DNA of 64,000 nucleotides from an uncultured Actinomycetes bacterium (GCA_963742735.1 CAVUMN010000004.1:1088001-1152000), one strand, 5' to 3'. Counted from the first letter of the stretch, positions 8,997 to 21,279 are shown. The notes: generated by a model not told the origin, from the sequence alone. Numbers and translations: made by a program.

Positions 8997-11599
8997 ACGC
9001 GGCGGCGACCCCCCGGAGCGCGCTGCCCACCGGCACCGTCACCTTCCTGTTCACCGACATCGAGGGCTCGACCAAGCTCGTCCAGCGCCTGGGCAGCGAG
9101 TTCCGGACGGTCCTCGAGCAGCACAACCGGATCCTGCGCGACGCGATCCACGGCGCGGGCGGCGTCGACCGGGGGAGCGAGGGCGACGCCATCTTTGCCG
9201 TGTTCACGACGGCCGACGCGGCGGTCGCCGCGGCCGTCGGCGCCCAGCGTGGGCTTGCGGAGCACGGGTGGCCGGAGGGCGTGACGGTCCGGGTGAGGAT
9301 GGGGCTGCACACCGGCGAGGGGATTCCCGGCGGCGACGACTACGTGGGCATGGACGTGCATCGCGCCGCGCGCATCGCCGCGGCCGGCCACGGCGGGCAG
9401 ATCGTGGTGTCACGGACCACCGCCGCGCTGGCGGAGAGCTCGCTGCCGGAGGGCGTCACGCTCCGGGAGCTTGGGGCGTTCCGGCTGAAGGACCTCCCGG
9501 ACTCGGAGCGGTTGAGCCAGGTGGTGGTGCCCGGCCTGCCCCAGGACTTCCCGCCGCTGCGCTCGCTCGACGTGGCGACCAACCTGCCCGCGTTCCCGAC
9601 GGCGTTCGTCGGCCGCCACGACGACCTGAGCGCGCTGCGGGAGCGCCTGGAGGGAGCCCGGCTGGTGACCATCACCGGCCCGGGCGGCACGGGCAAGACC
9701 CGGCTGGCCGTCGAGGCGGCGGCGGCCGAACGCGATCGGTACACCGACGGCGTCACCTTCGTGGACCTCTCGGCGACCACCGAGCCGGCGCTCGTGTGCC
9801 ACGACATCGCGCAGGCGCTCGGGCTGCGACCGCAGGGGCGGGACCCGGTGTGGGGCGCGATCACCGAGCGCCTTCGAGATCACACCGCCCTGCTGATCCT
9901 GGACAACTTCGAGCAGGTCCTGGAGGCGGCTCCCGAGGTCGGCGGGCTGCTCTCCGGCGCCCCCGCCCTCACCGTTCTGGCCACAAGCCGCGAGGCCCTC
10001 GGGATCCGCGGCGAGCACCTCTACCCGCTGTCCCCGCTCGGCCTCCGGGAGGGCGGGGCGCCCTCCGACGCGGTGATGCTGTTCGTCGACCGGGCCCGGG
10101 CCATGGACCCCGCCTTCGAGCCCGACGAGGACACGCTCGTCACCGTCGCCGAGATCTGCGCGCGGCTCGACGGCATGCCGCTGGCGATCGAGCTGGCCGC
10201 CAGCCGTCTGCGGGCGATCTCGGTGGCGGAGCTCCTCTCGCGTCTCGACCGCCGGCTCCCGCTGCTGACCACGGGACCCCGAGACGCGCCCGACCGCCAG
10301 CGGACCCTGCGCGGCGCGATCGAGTGGAGCCACGACCTGTTGGAGGAGCCGGAGCGGGTGCTGTTCCGGCGGTGCGGGGTGTTCGCCGGCGGGTGGATCC
10401 TGTGGGTCCTCAACTCCATCGTCGATCCCGAGGGCGAGCTCGGCGACCTGCTGGACCTCACCGCGTCGCTCGTTCAGAAGAGCCTGGTGCGGCGAGATCC
10501 CGGCTCGGAGCGGTACTCGATGTACGAGACCATCCGCGAGTTCGCGCTGGAGAAGCTGGAGGAGGCCGGCGAGCTCGCGGAGGTCCGCGAGCGCATGGCC
10601 CACCAGGTCGTGTTGCTGGTCGAGGACGCCGAGCCGCATCTCATCGGCGAGGACCGGCGGGAATGGATCGAACGGCTGGGAGAGAACCACGACAACGTCC
10701 GCGCCGGGCTGGAGTGGTCGATCGAGCTGGACCAGGCCGAGGTCGGCCTGCGGATCGTGGCGGCCGTGTGGCGGTTCTGGCAGTACCGCGGCCACCTCGC
10801 GGAGGGCCGCCGATGGGCCGAGCAGGTTCTCGCGCTCCCGTCCGCCCAGGACCGGACGCGCCCCCGGGCCCGGGCCCTGCTCGCCGCCCTGGGGATCGTC
10901 TACTGGCAGGGCGACTACGACCCCATGGAGCCCTACTGCGAGGAGGCGCTGGACATCGCCCGCGAGCTCGACGACGAGTGGCTCGTCGGCGAGGCCCTCT
11001 ACAACCTGAGCTTCGTGGCCCAGATGGTGCGGGGCGACTGGGAGGCCTGCGCGCGCCTGCTGGATGAGGCCGAGGTGCACTTCACCGCCGTCGGCGACCG
11101 GGCCGCGCTGGGGCGGATCGCCATGGCCCGCTCGTTCATGGGGAACACCCGGCAGGAGTACGCGAGCACGCGCGTGTACGCGGAGCAGGCCTTGGAGTAC
11201 CTGCGGGAGACCGGCGACCAGGAGACGTACCAGCAGGCCCTGGGCAGCGTGGCCCTCGCGAACATGGAGCTCGGGGACTACGACTCCGCGTTGGACGGCA
11301 TGCGGCAGCTCCTGCGAAGGAACCTGGACTCGATGAACACCACCGGGTTCCTGATGGGCTTCTACTTCCTGTCCACGCTGGCCAACGCCCAGGGCCAGTT
11401 CGAGCGATCGGCCCGGCTGTGGGGGGCCGCGGAAGGGCTCGAGCAGCGGCTGCAGGCGCAGGTGCCCCGGACGCTGTTCAGCTATTACTCGGGGCCGAAG
11501 GAGGAGAGCCTGCCGCCGGGCGCCGTCGAGGGCCTCAAGGCCGAGGGTCGGGCGATGAGCCTCGAGGAGGCCATCGACTACGCCCAGTCGGAGGACTGA
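8993..11599 (+). CDS. Class III cyclase + STAND NTPase + TPR protein, copy 2
   Basis: Same motifs as the upstream paralogue. GTG start overlaps the upstream stop (GTGA). Confidence 0.92.
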   Translation: MNAAATPRSALPTGTVTFLFTDIEGSTKLVQRLGSEFRTVLEQHNRILRDAIHGAGGVDRGSEGDAIFAVFTTADAAVAAAVGAQRGLAEHGWPEGVTVRVRMGLHTGEGIPGGDDYVGMDVHRAARIAAAGHGGQIVVSRTTAALAESSLPEGVTLRELGAFRLKDLPDSERLSQVVVPGLPQDFPPLRSLDVATNLPAFPTAFVGRHDDLSALRERLEGARLVTITGPGGTGKTRLAVEAAAAERDRYTDGVTFVDLSATTEPALVCHDIAQALGLRPQGRDPVWGAITERLRDHTALLILDNFEQVLEAAPEVGGLLSGAPALTVLATSREALGIRGEHLYPLSPLGLREGGAPSDAVMLFVDRARAMDPAFEPDEDTLVTVAEICARLDGMPLAIELAASRLRAISVAELLSRLDRRLPLLTTGPRDAPDRQRTLRGAIEWSHDLLEEPERVLFRRCGVFAGGWILWVLNSIVDPEGELGDLLDLTASLVQKSLVRRDPGSERYSMYETIREFALEKLEEAGELAEVRERMAHQVVLLVEDAEPHLIGEDRREWIERLGENHDNVRAGLEWSIELDQAEVGLRIVAAVWRFWQYRGHLAEGRRWAEQVLALPSAQDRTRPRARALLAALGIVYWQGDYDPMEPYCEEALDIARELDDEWLVGEALYNLSFVAQMVRGDWEACARLLDEAEVHFTAVGDRAALGRIAMARSFMGNTRQEYASTRVYAEQALEYLRETGDQETYQQALGSVALANMELGDYDSALDGMRQLLRRNLDSMNTTGFLMGFYFLSTLANAQGQFERSARLWGAAEGLEQRLQAQVPRTLFSYYSGPKEESLPPGAVEGLKAEGRAMSLEEAIDYAQSED

Positions 11600-11606
11600 G
11601 CCGGCG

Positions 11607-14324
11607 GTGCGCCGCGTCCTGTCGCTGCTGAAGGTCCGTCCCGGGGAGGGACGGCTGGTCGGGCGCCTGCTCGCCCTGATGGTCGTGCTGTGGTCGGCGT
11701 TCGCGGTCGGCGGGTACGGCGTCGAGTCGCTGCTCCTGGCCCGCGTCGGCGCGGACACCCTGCCGCTCATGTACATGGCGCTCGGCGCGGTGACGTTCGC
11801 GTTCCTGGCCGGGGCCGGGAGGATCGCCCGGGCCGACCCGCGGCGGGCGGTCCCGGTGACGTACCTGGGCATGGCCGTGGCGATCGCGGCCTCGCGGCCG
11901 CTGCTCTCGTGGGACCCGTGGGGGTACCGGATCTCGTGGCTCGGGATGATGATCCTGTGGACGCTGGCCGGGCAGCTGTCCTGGTCGCTGGCCGCGGCAC
12001 TGCACGACACCCGGCAGGCCAAGCGGCTGTTCCCTCTCTACGGCGCGGGGCTCGTGGTCGGGCTGGTGATCGGGGGGTTCCTCACCGGGCCGCTCGCGTC
12101 GCTGCTCGGGGCCGAGCAGCTGGTCTTCGTGTGGGCGGGGGGGGCCGCGGTCGCCGGGGTGATGGCGCGGTGGGCGCAGGCCGCGGGACGTCCGGCCGCC
12201 GCCGCCGCGACCGGATCCGGTGATGCGTCGTCCGGGTTCGCCCAGGGGGCCTCCTCGGTGACCCACTCGTCCCTGCTCCGTTGGATGGCCGTGTCGCTGG
12301 CCCTGTTCGCACTGCTGCTGTTCATGTCCACCTTCCTGTTCGCTCGCGCCGCGACGGCGCGCTACCCCGACCCGGAGCGGCTCGCCGGGTTCCTCGGGGC
12401 GTTCAGCGGCGCGGCGACGGGCCTCGCGCTGCTGGTCTCGCTCGTCGTGGCCAACCGGCTGTACGCGCGGATCGGCACGGTCAACGCGGTGCTGGCCCTC
12501 GCGGCGCTGTGCCTGATCGGGTTCGGCGGGCTGGTGGTGACCTCATCGTTCGTCGTGGTGGCGGTGTTCCGGTTCTCCCAGATCGTGTGGGTGAACGGGG
12601 TGTGGGCGCCCGGGTGGCAGTCGCTGTTCAACGTGGTCCCGGCGGGACGGCGGCCCGCGGTTCGGGCGTTCATGGACGCGGTGCCGCTGCAGGCCGGGAC
12701 CGCGGCGGCGGGCGGGATCCTGCTCGTGGCGGAGCAGGCGCTGTCGGCGCGGGCCCTGGCCGGGCTCGGAGCGGCCGTGGCCGCGGCGGCCGTGGTGGCG
12801 ATGGTCCGGGCCCGGTCTGCCTACGTCCTCGCTTTGGCCGATGCCCTTCGCGAGGGCAACCCCGAGGTGTTCGGGGGCGTCAACGACCGCCAGGCGCAGG
12901 CGGCGCTGCGGGCCGCGCTCGACGATCCCCAGGCCGATATCCGCCGGCTGGCGGTGGGCGCGATGGCGGGGGAGGGTGGCGACGAGGGTGTGGAGCTGGT
13001 GCGGGCGCGGCTCGCCGATGCCGACGCCGGCGTGCGCCGGGAGGCCCTCGCCGCGGTGGTTCGGGATCCGCGGCAGGGCGACGCCGAGCGGGTTGCGGCG
13101 CTGCGCGACGACCCGGACGAGGGCCTCCGCGACGAGGCGGCCCGGGCCGCAGCGGAGCTCGGGTGGGACCAGGCCGAGTCCCTGCGGGCCCTCGGGTCGG
13201 ACGACCCCGACGTGCGGGCCTCCGCCGTACGTGCGCTGGTGCGCCTCGGAGAAGCGGCCGTCCCGGCGCTGCTCGAGGCCCTGGACGACGCCAACCTGGA
13301 GGCCGCCGCGCTGGAGGTCCTCGCCCGCTCGCTCCCGTGGGCCGACCCGGATCCCCTGCTGCCGTACGCCCGCGAACGGGCCCGGGCGGCGGCACGGTTC
13401 GCGGCCCTGGCCCGCGCCGTGGACGGCGACGGCGCCGGCGACGCAACGCTGCTGGGGGCCGCGCTCGAGCGGCGTTCGCGCGACCGGCTGCGGATGTCGC
13501 TGCGGGCGATGGGACGGATGCGGCCCGAGATGGCACGCCCGGCCCTCGACAACCTGTGGAGCGCGGACCTCGACCAGCGGGCCAACGCCATCGAGATCGT
13601 GGACGCGGCCGGCCACAAGGAGGTCGCGCGGCTCCTGGTGGGGATGTGGGAGTCGGGCGATGCGCCCGGCGACACCGGCGTTGCCCTCGCGGAGCTCCTG
13701 GCCGACCCGGACCCGTGGCTCCGGGCGAGCGCCGCATTCGCGGTGGCCGGCTCGCCTATCGCCGAGCGGCTCGCGCCGAACCTGCGCCGTGTGGCAGGCT
13801 CGGACGACGAGGCCTTCGTCCGGGAGGCCGCGGCGCGCGCGCTCGAGGGAGGTGCGAACCAGGTGGAGACGCTCGGGACGCTCTCGGTCATGGACCGGGC
13901 GCTGGTGCTGTGTCGCGTCCCGATGTTCGCGGAGCTCGACGGGGCGGACCTTCGCCAGGTGGCCGAGGCCGCGACGGAGCACGCCTTCGAGGACGGCGAC
14001 GTCCTGGCCCGCGAGGGCGAGGCGGGCGACGACATGCACATCGTGGTCTCCGGCGAGGTCGCGGTGATGGTGGACGGGACCGGCGCCCAGCGCGAGGTGG
14101 CCGTGCGCCATGCCGGCGAGCCGATCGGGGAGCTCGCCCTGCTCGGCGAGGACCGGCGGATGGCGACGCTGGTGGCGCGCGGGGCGGTGCGAACCCTGGG
14201 GCTCGACCGGCGACGGTTCGAGCGGATCCTCCGCGAGCGCCCCGAGGTGGCCCTCGCCGTGATCCGGGTGCTGGGCGACCGCCTCCGCGAGTCGGCCCGC
14301 GGGCCGGCCGCGGACGCCTCGTGA
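11607..14324 (+). CDS. Npt/TLC-like MFS transporter + HEAT repeats + cyclic-nucleotide-binding domain fusion
   Basis: About 12 hydrophobic segments including DTRQAKRLFPL; HEAT repeats (DPQADIRR, DADAGVRR, DDPDVRAS, DPDPWLRA); cNMP domain (REGEAGDDMHIVVSGEV...GELALLGEDRRMATLVA). Confidence 0.9.
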   Translation: MRRVLSLLKVRPGEGRLVGRLLALMVVLWSAFAVGGYGVESLLLARVGADTLPLMYMALGAVTFAFLAGAGRIARADPRRAVPVTYLGMAVAIAASRPLLSWDPWGYRISWLGMMILWTLAGQLSWSLAAALHDTRQAKRLFPLYGAGLVVGLVIGGFLTGPLASLLGAEQLVFVWAGGAAVAGVMARWAQAAGRPAAAAATGSGDASSGFAQGASSVTHSSLLRWMAVSLALFALLLFMSTFLFARAATARYPDPERLAGFLGAFSGAATGLALLVSLVVANRLYARIGTVNAVLALAALCLIGFGGLVVTSSFVVVAVFRFSQIVWVNGVWAPGWQSLFNVVPAGRRPAVRAFMDAVPLQAGTAAAGGILLVAEQALSARALAGLGAAVAAAAVVAMVRARSAYVLALADALREGNPEVFGGVNDRQAQAALRAALDDPQADIRRLAVGAMAGEGGDEGVELVRARLADADAGVRREALAAVVRDPRQGDAERVAALRDDPDEGLRDEAARAAAELGWDQAESLRALGSDDPDVRASAVRALVRLGEAAVPALLEALDDANLEAAALEVLARSLPWADPDPLLPYARERARAAARFAALARAVDGDGAGDATLLGAALERRSRDRLRMSLRAMGRMRPEMARPALDNLWSADLDQRANAIEIVDAAGHKEVARLLVGMWESGDAPGDTGVALAELLADPDPWLRASAAFAVAGSPIAERLAPNLRRVAGSDDEAFVREAAARALEGGANQVETLGTLSVMDRALVLCRVPMFAELDGADLRQVAEAATEHAFEDGDVLAREGEAGDDMHIVVSGEVAVMVDGTGAQREVAVRHAGEPIGELALLGEDRRMATLVARGAVRTLGLDRRRFERILRERPEVALAVIRVLGDRLRESARGPAADAS

Positions 14325-15472
14325 GCTCGAAGGTCGAGCTCGTTCACTACGGACAGGACGCGCCCCTCTACGACCACGGGCCCGAGCACCCCCTTCGGCC
14401 GGCCCGCGTCTTTCTCACCTACAGCCTGATCCATGGCCTCGGGCTCATCGACGGTGAGCGCGCCGTCGAGACCCCGGCCCGCGACGCCACCGACGAGGAG
14501 CTCATGCTCGTCCACTCCGCCCGGTACCTCGACGCCGTGAAGCGCGCGGGCGAGGGAGACCCCGGCCCCTGGTACGAGTTCGGCTTCGGCCCCGGCGACA
14601 ACCCGATCTTCCCGAACATGCACCCCGCGTCCGCCCGCGTGGCCGGCGCGTCGCTCATCGGCGCCCAGGCGGTGCTCTCCGGCCGCGCGGAGCACGCGTT
14701 CAACCCCAGTGGCGGGCTGCACCACGCCATGCCCGAGCGGGCCAGCGGGTTCTGCGTCTACGACGACCCGGCGATCGCCATCGCGTGGATGCTCGCGAAC
14801 GGCGCCGAGCGGATCGCGTACGTCGACGTCGACGTGCACCACGGCGACGGCCCCCAGGCGATCTTTTGGAACGACCCGCGGGTGCTGACCGTCTCGATCC
14901 ACCAGTCGGGGCGGACGCTGTTCCCGGGGACCGGCTTCCCCGACGAGACCGGCGGCCGCGACGCCGAGGGCTCCGCCGCGAACGTCGCGCTCCCGCCGTA
15001 CACGGGCGACGACGCGTGGCTGGACGCGTTCCGCACCGTGGTCCCGCCGCTCGTCCGCAGCTGGAAGCCCGACGTCCTGGTCACCCAACTGGGCTGCGAC
15101 ACGCACTTCACCGACCCGCTGGCGATGCTCGGCCTGTCCACCCGCGCGTACCGCGAGGCGGCGAAGGTCCTCCACGACCTGGCCCACGAGGCCGCCGGCG
15201 GCCGCTGGCTCGCCACCGGCGGCGGCGGGTACCAGTGGGCCCGGGTGGTCCCGCGGGCGTGGACGATCTACTTCGCGGAGATGGCCGACGCTTCGCCCCC
15301 CGACGACCTCCCGGAGTCCTGGATCGAGGAGGCCGAGGCCGAGCAGGGCGGGCCGGTCCCGACCCGACTCTCGGAAACCCCGCCCACGAAACACGGCGAC
15401 GACTCCCTGGCGGAGCGGGCGGCGCGCGATACGGTGGAGGCCGTCTTTCCCCTCCACGACCTGCCCGCCTGA
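14321..15472 (+). CDS. acuC: AcuC / class I HDAC-family deacetylase
   Basis: GTG 14321 overlaps the upstream stop. Motifs HPLRPAR, GGLHHAM, ASGFC, YVDVDVHHGDG, QLGCD, GGGGY. Confidence 0.9.
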   Translation: MSSKVELVHYGQDAPLYDHGPEHPLRPARVFLTYSLIHGLGLIDGERAVETPARDATDEELMLVHSARYLDAVKRAGEGDPGPWYEFGFGPGDNPIFPNMHPASARVAGASLIGAQAVLSGRAEHAFNPSGGLHHAMPERASGFCVYDDPAIAIAWMLANGAERIAYVDVDVHHGDGPQAIFWNDPRVLTVSIHQSGRTLFPGTGFPDETGGRDAEGSAANVALPPYTGDDAWLDAFRTVVPPLVRSWKPDVLVTQLGCDTHFTDPLAMLGLSTRAYREAAKVLHDLAHEAAGGRWLATGGGGYQWARVVPRAWTIYFAEMADASPPDDLPESWIEEAEAEQGGPVPTRLSETPPTKHGDDSLAERAARDTVEAVFPLHDLPA

Positions 15473-15490
15473 AACAGGAGCACGCCGAAA

Positions 15491-16312
15491 ATGAAGGACT
15501 GGCAGAAGGCCAACCTCGAGCTGTGGGACGAGTGGGCGCTCCTCCATGAGAGCTCGGAGTTCTACGACCTGGACGGGTTCAGGAAGGGCGGCTCGACGAT
15601 CCGTCCGTTCGAGCTCGAGGAGGTGGGGGACGTCTCCGGCAAGGAGCTCCTCCACCTGCAGTGCCACTTCGGGATGGACACGCTGTCGTGGGCGCGGCTC
15701 GGCGCGAACGTCACGGGCGTTGACTTCTCGCCGAACGCGATCGAGATCGCCGGCCGCGTCGCGAACGAGCTGGAGCTGCCCGCGCGGTTCGTGCAGTCAC
15801 GCGTCCAGGAGCTGCCGGACAACCTCGACGGGCAGTTCGACATCGTCTACACGAGCCGCGGAGTGATCGGGTGGCTCGACGACCTGACCCGGTGGGCGGA
15901 GGTGATCGCCCACTTCCTCAAGCCCGGCGGGTTCTTCTACATCCACGAGGGACACCCCACGATGTGGGCGTTCGACGACGAACGCGAGGACGCCGAGCTC
16001 CACGTGAAGTACGCGTACTTCGAACGGGACGAGCCGCTGTTCTTCCCGGTGGTCGGCTCGTACGCGGACCCCAAGGCCGAGGTGAAGGCGAACCGCAGCT
16101 TCAGCTGGTTCCACAGCCTGGGCGAGGTGGTGACGGTCCTCGCGGAGGCCGGGCTGCGGATCGAGTGGCTCCACGAGCATCCGTTCCTCAGCTGGCCGGT
16201 CTCGTTCGTGGTGCCTTCGGAGACGGAGGAGCGGACGTGGGTGCTCCACCCCTTGCACGGCGACGCCGAGATCCCCCTGTCGTTCTCGCTGAAGGCGACG
16301 AAGCCGGCGTGA
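15491..16312 (+). CDS. Class I SAM-dependent methyltransferase
   Basis: LLHLQCHFGMD, GVDFS, FDIVYTSRG, LKPGG. Confidence 0.9.
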   Translation: MKDWQKANLELWDEWALLHESSEFYDLDGFRKGGSTIRPFELEEVGDVSGKELLHLQCHFGMDTLSWARLGANVTGVDFSPNAIEIAGRVANELELPARFVQSRVQELPDNLDGQFDIVYTSRGVIGWLDDLTRWAEVIAHFLKPGGFFYIHEGHPTMWAFDDEREDAELHVKYAYFERDEPLFFPVVGSYADPKAEVKANRSFSWFHSLGEVVTVLAEAGLRIEWLHEHPFLSWPVSFVVPSETEERTWVLHPLHGDAEIPLSFSLKATKPA

Positions 16313-17043
16313 GCGGGTTCAGGGTCGTCACGCTGGCGGAGAACCCGGACACCTTCGCCCGGCGGGTCCCGCTGCTTCGGCAGGTGTGGCCCGAGTACAA
16401 CATGCACGGCGACGTCCTGAACGCCCGGTGGGGCGAGATCGACGACCGCTACCCGGAGTTCCAGTTCGTGCTCCTGGACGGCGACGGCGCGCTGGCCGGC
16501 CTCGGGAACTGCACGCCGCTTCGCTGGGACGGGACGGCGGAGGACCTCCCGGCCGGTCTGGACGACGCCCTGGACCGCTCGCTCACCGACCCGGGCTCGG
16601 CCACCGCGGCCTGCGCCATGCAGGGGGTCATCGAACCCGGACGACAGGGACGGGGGCTGGCCGCCGAGCCGGTCCGGGCCATGGCGGAGATCGCCCGGGC
16701 CGCCGGGCTCACCGACCTGATCGCGCCGGTCCGGCCGAACTGGAAGGAGCGCTATCCGCTCGCGCCGATGGACCGCTACGCGTTCTGGACGCGCGAGGAC
16801 GGGGAGCCGTTCGACCCGTGGATCCGCGTCCACGTCCGGATGGGGGCCGAGATCCTCAAGCCCGCGCCCGAGTCGGTGCGGATCACCGGCTCGGTCAAGG
16901 AGTGGGAGTCCTGGACGGGGATGACCTTCCCCGAGAGCGGCGACTACGTCTTCCCGCGCGGGCTGGCGCCGGTGCGGATCGACCGCGAGCGCGACACGGG
17001 GGAGTACTGGGAGCCGAACGTGTGGCTTCGGCACCGCCTGTGA
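16309..17043 (+). CDS. GNAT-like acetyltransferase
   Basis: GTG 16309 overlaps the upstream stop. RQGRGLA acetyl-CoA loop; LIAPVRP; DPWIRVHVRMG. Confidence 0.8.
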   Translation: MSGFRVVTLAENPDTFARRVPLLRQVWPEYNMHGDVLNARWGEIDDRYPEFQFVLLDGDGALAGLGNCTPLRWDGTAEDLPAGLDDALDRSLTDPGSATAACAMQGVIEPGRQGRGLAAEPVRAMAEIARAAGLTDLIAPVRPNWKERYPLAPMDRYAFWTREDGEPFDPWIRVHVRMGAEILKPAPESVRITGSVKEWESWTGMTFPESGDYVFPRGLAPVRIDRERDTGEYWEPNVWLRHRL

Positions 17044-17909
17044 CCCTGGTCGACCCGGCCTGGGTGGCCGCGCGCCTGGACGACCCGAACCTCGTCGTCG
17101 TCGACTTCCGGTGGCGGGAGGACGGCTCGGGCCGGGCCCGGTACGAGGCCGGCCACCTGCCGGGCGCGATCTACCTGGACTGGACGGCCGACATCGTCGA
17201 GCCGGCCGCCCGGTACGCCTTCACCCTGGCCGGGCCGAAGCGCTTCGCCCGCGCCATGGGCTCGCGGGGAATCGGCGACGACACCACGGTGGTCGCCTAC
17301 GCGGACGAGCGGGGCTCCGGCCCGTTCCGCCTGTGGTGGGCGTTCCGGGTCTACGGCCACCAGGGCGTGCGGATCCTCGACGGCGGCCTGGAGCGGTGGA
17401 TCGACGAGGACCACCCGCTCGAGCCGGGCACGCCGCCCGCCCGGCCGCCGGCCACGTGGACCTCGCGGGAGGGCCCCCTGCGCATCGCCGCGGCCGACGA
17501 CGTCGCCCGGGCGAAGGAGGACGGCGTCCCGGTGCTGGACTCGCGCCCGGCCGCGCAGTACCGGGGCGAGGCCGTGTGGTTCGAGACCGGCCAGATCCGC
17601 CCCGACGAGACCGGGGTCGCCCACACGCCCCGCGGCGACCTCCGCGCCGGCCGCGTCCCGTGGGCGGCGAGCGTCCCCTGGTACGAGCTGTACCGGAAGG
17701 ACCGCACGCTGAAGCCGCCGGAGGAGCTCCGGGAGATCTTCGAGGCCGCCGGTGCCCGTCCCGGCGAAAGGGCGATCGCCTACTGCGGCGTGGGGATCTC
17801 GGCCGCGGCCCTCGCGTACGCCCTGGACGCGGCGGGCATCGAGCCCGAGGTCTACGACGCGTCCTGGGACGAGTGGGGCCGGACCGACCGCCCCATCGCC
17901 CGTGGCTGA
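17040..17909 (+). CDS. Sulfurtransferase (two-domain rhodanese)
   Basis: GTG 17040. Motifs GHLPGA, LDGG, LDSR, YCGVG, YDASWDEW. Confidence 0.9.
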   Translation: MTLVDPAWVAARLDDPNLVVVDFRWREDGSGRARYEAGHLPGAIYLDWTADIVEPAARYAFTLAGPKRFARAMGSRGIGDDTTVVAYADERGSGPFRLWWAFRVYGHQGVRILDGGLERWIDEDHPLEPGTPPARPPATWTSREGPLRIAAADDVARAKEDGVPVLDSRPAAQYRGEAVWFETGQIRPDETGVAHTPRGDLRAGRVPWAASVPWYELYRKDRTLKPPEELREIFEAAGARPGERAIAYCGVGISAAALAYALDAAGIEPEVYDASWDEWGRTDRPIARG

Positions 17910-17931
17910 GCGGCGCGGATCTGACGGACCG

Positions 17932-19947
<2,016 letters not shown>

Positions 19948-19973
19948 GCATTGACTGTAGGAGGTGCGCGCCG

Positions 19974-20351
19974 ATGATGAGCCGCTTTCCGCTGGTCGCC
20001 ACGCTGCCGGCCGCCGACATCGACCGGGCGAAGGCCTGGTACCGGGACAAGCTGGGCCTCGAGCCCGTCGGCGAGCTCGAGCAGGGCCTGCGCTACGAGT
20101 CGGGCGGGGTCCGCTTCGAGCTGTACCCGAGCTCCTTCGCCGGCACGGCGCAGAACACGGCCGCCGGCTTCCAGGTCGACGACATCGAGGCGGTGGTCGA
20201 CGAGCTCACCGCGCGCGGCGTGGTCTTCGAGCAGTACGACTTCCCCGGCCTGAAGACGAACGAGAAGGGCATCGCCACGTTCGGGACCGAGACCGCGGCC
20301 TGGTTCAAGGACAGCGAGGGCAACATCCTGTCGGTCGGCCGGGACGCGTGA
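19974..20351 (+). CDS. VOC/glyoxalase family protein, paralogue 1
   Basis: [15 protein letters not shown]...[11 protein letters not shown]; GGAGG RBS. Confidence 0.9.
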   Translation: MMSRFPLVATLPAADIDRAKAWYRDKLGLEPVGELEQGLRYESGGVRFELYPSSFAGTAQNTAAGFQVDDIEAVVDELTARGVVFEQYDFPGLKTNEKGIATFGTETAAWFKDSEGNILSVGRDA

Positions 20352-20357
20352 CGCGGA

Positions 20358-20858
20358 TCAGGGCGAGGCGGAGAACGACCCCTTGGCGGCGATCGCCCGG
20401 CTCAGGCTCTGAGCGGGAGACGCGCCGCCCTGCTGGATCTGTTCGAAGCTCGGGCACGCGTACGTGCCGCTGATCGCGTCGCCCTCGAAGGCGGAGGTGG
20501 CCGTACAGTCCTGTCCGACGTACGTGATCCCCTCGTCGAGGTCGAACGTGACGTCCACCACCGACGGCTCGGCCGACGCCGGGGTCCACTCGAGGTCGAT
20601 GCTCAGGGAGGCCTCGGTGGTGCCGTAGGACGCCGACATCAGCGCCTCGCCGTCCTGGCCGCCGTAGTCGTTCGTGCCGAGAATGCTCAGATCGAGCTGA
20701 ACCGTCTGGCTGAGGTGGCCGCTGAGCGTCAGCTCGGCGGCGCCGCTCTCGTACGCCACCATCCCGTCGGGAGGCCCGGTGGTGTCGCCCGCGCCGCCGC
20801 CGCCGCACGCCGCCAGCGGAAGCAGCAGGAGCAGGAGGAGACGGGCGCGCGCGTGCAC
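20358..20858 (-). CDS. Putative lipoprotein
   Basis: Hydrophobic signal with lipobox LAAC. Confidence 0.7.
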   Translation of the reverse strand: MHARARLLLLLLLPLAACGGGGAGDTTGPPDGMVAYESGAAELTLSGHLSQTVQLDLSILGTNDYGGQDGEALMSASYGTTEASLSIDLEWTPASAEPSVVDVTFDLDEGITYVGQDCTATSAFEGDAISGTYACPSFEQIQQGGASPAQSLSRAIAAKGSFSASP

Positions 20859-20886
20859 GGCGTGATGCTAGCGTGCGAGTCCGGAG

Positions 20887-21279
20887 GTGATGCGCATGAT
20901 CGGCGACTACCCCATCCACGCGGTCCTTCCCGCCTCGGACATCGAGCGGGCGAAGGCCTGGTACAAGGACAAGCTCGGCCTGGAGCCCGTCGAGGAGGAT
21001 CCGGGCGGCCTTCACTACAAGGTCGGTGGCACCGACTTCAGCGTCTTCCCGACCCAGTTCGCCGGGACGGCCCAGAACACGGCGGCGGAGTGGTCCGTGG
21101 ACGACCTCGAGAAGGAGGTCGACGAGCTGACCGTCCGGGGCGTCGTCTTCGAGCAGTACGACTACGGCCCCGAGTTCAAGACGAACGAGAAGGGGATCGC
21201 GACGCTCGGGCCGTTTCTGGGCGCCTGGTTCAAGGACAGCGAGGGCAACATCATCGCCCTCAGCCAGCGCACCGGTTGA
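20887..21279 (+). CDS. VOC/glyoxalase family protein, paralogue 2
   Basis: DIERAKAWYKDKLGL...[11 protein letters not shown]. Exact start uncertain. Confidence 0.9.
   Translation: MMRMIGDYPIHAVLPASDIERAKAWYKDKLGLEPVEEDPGGLHYKVGGTDFSVFPTQFAGTAQNTAAEWSVDDLEKEVDELTVRGVVFEQYDYGPEFKTNEKGIATLGPFLGAWFKDSEGNIIALSQRTG

Noticed and set aside
12281-14320. Long N-terminal extension of the AcuC ORF
   Set aside because: Off-frame R/G/P-rich read-through typical of high-GC DNA. The deacetylase starts at GTG 14321.
1511-14324. Calling the cyclase and cNMP genes a canonical Pycsar or CBASS system
   Set aside because: The architectures differ from PycC plus PycTM/PycTIR and no CD-NTase is present. Kept only as an analogy.
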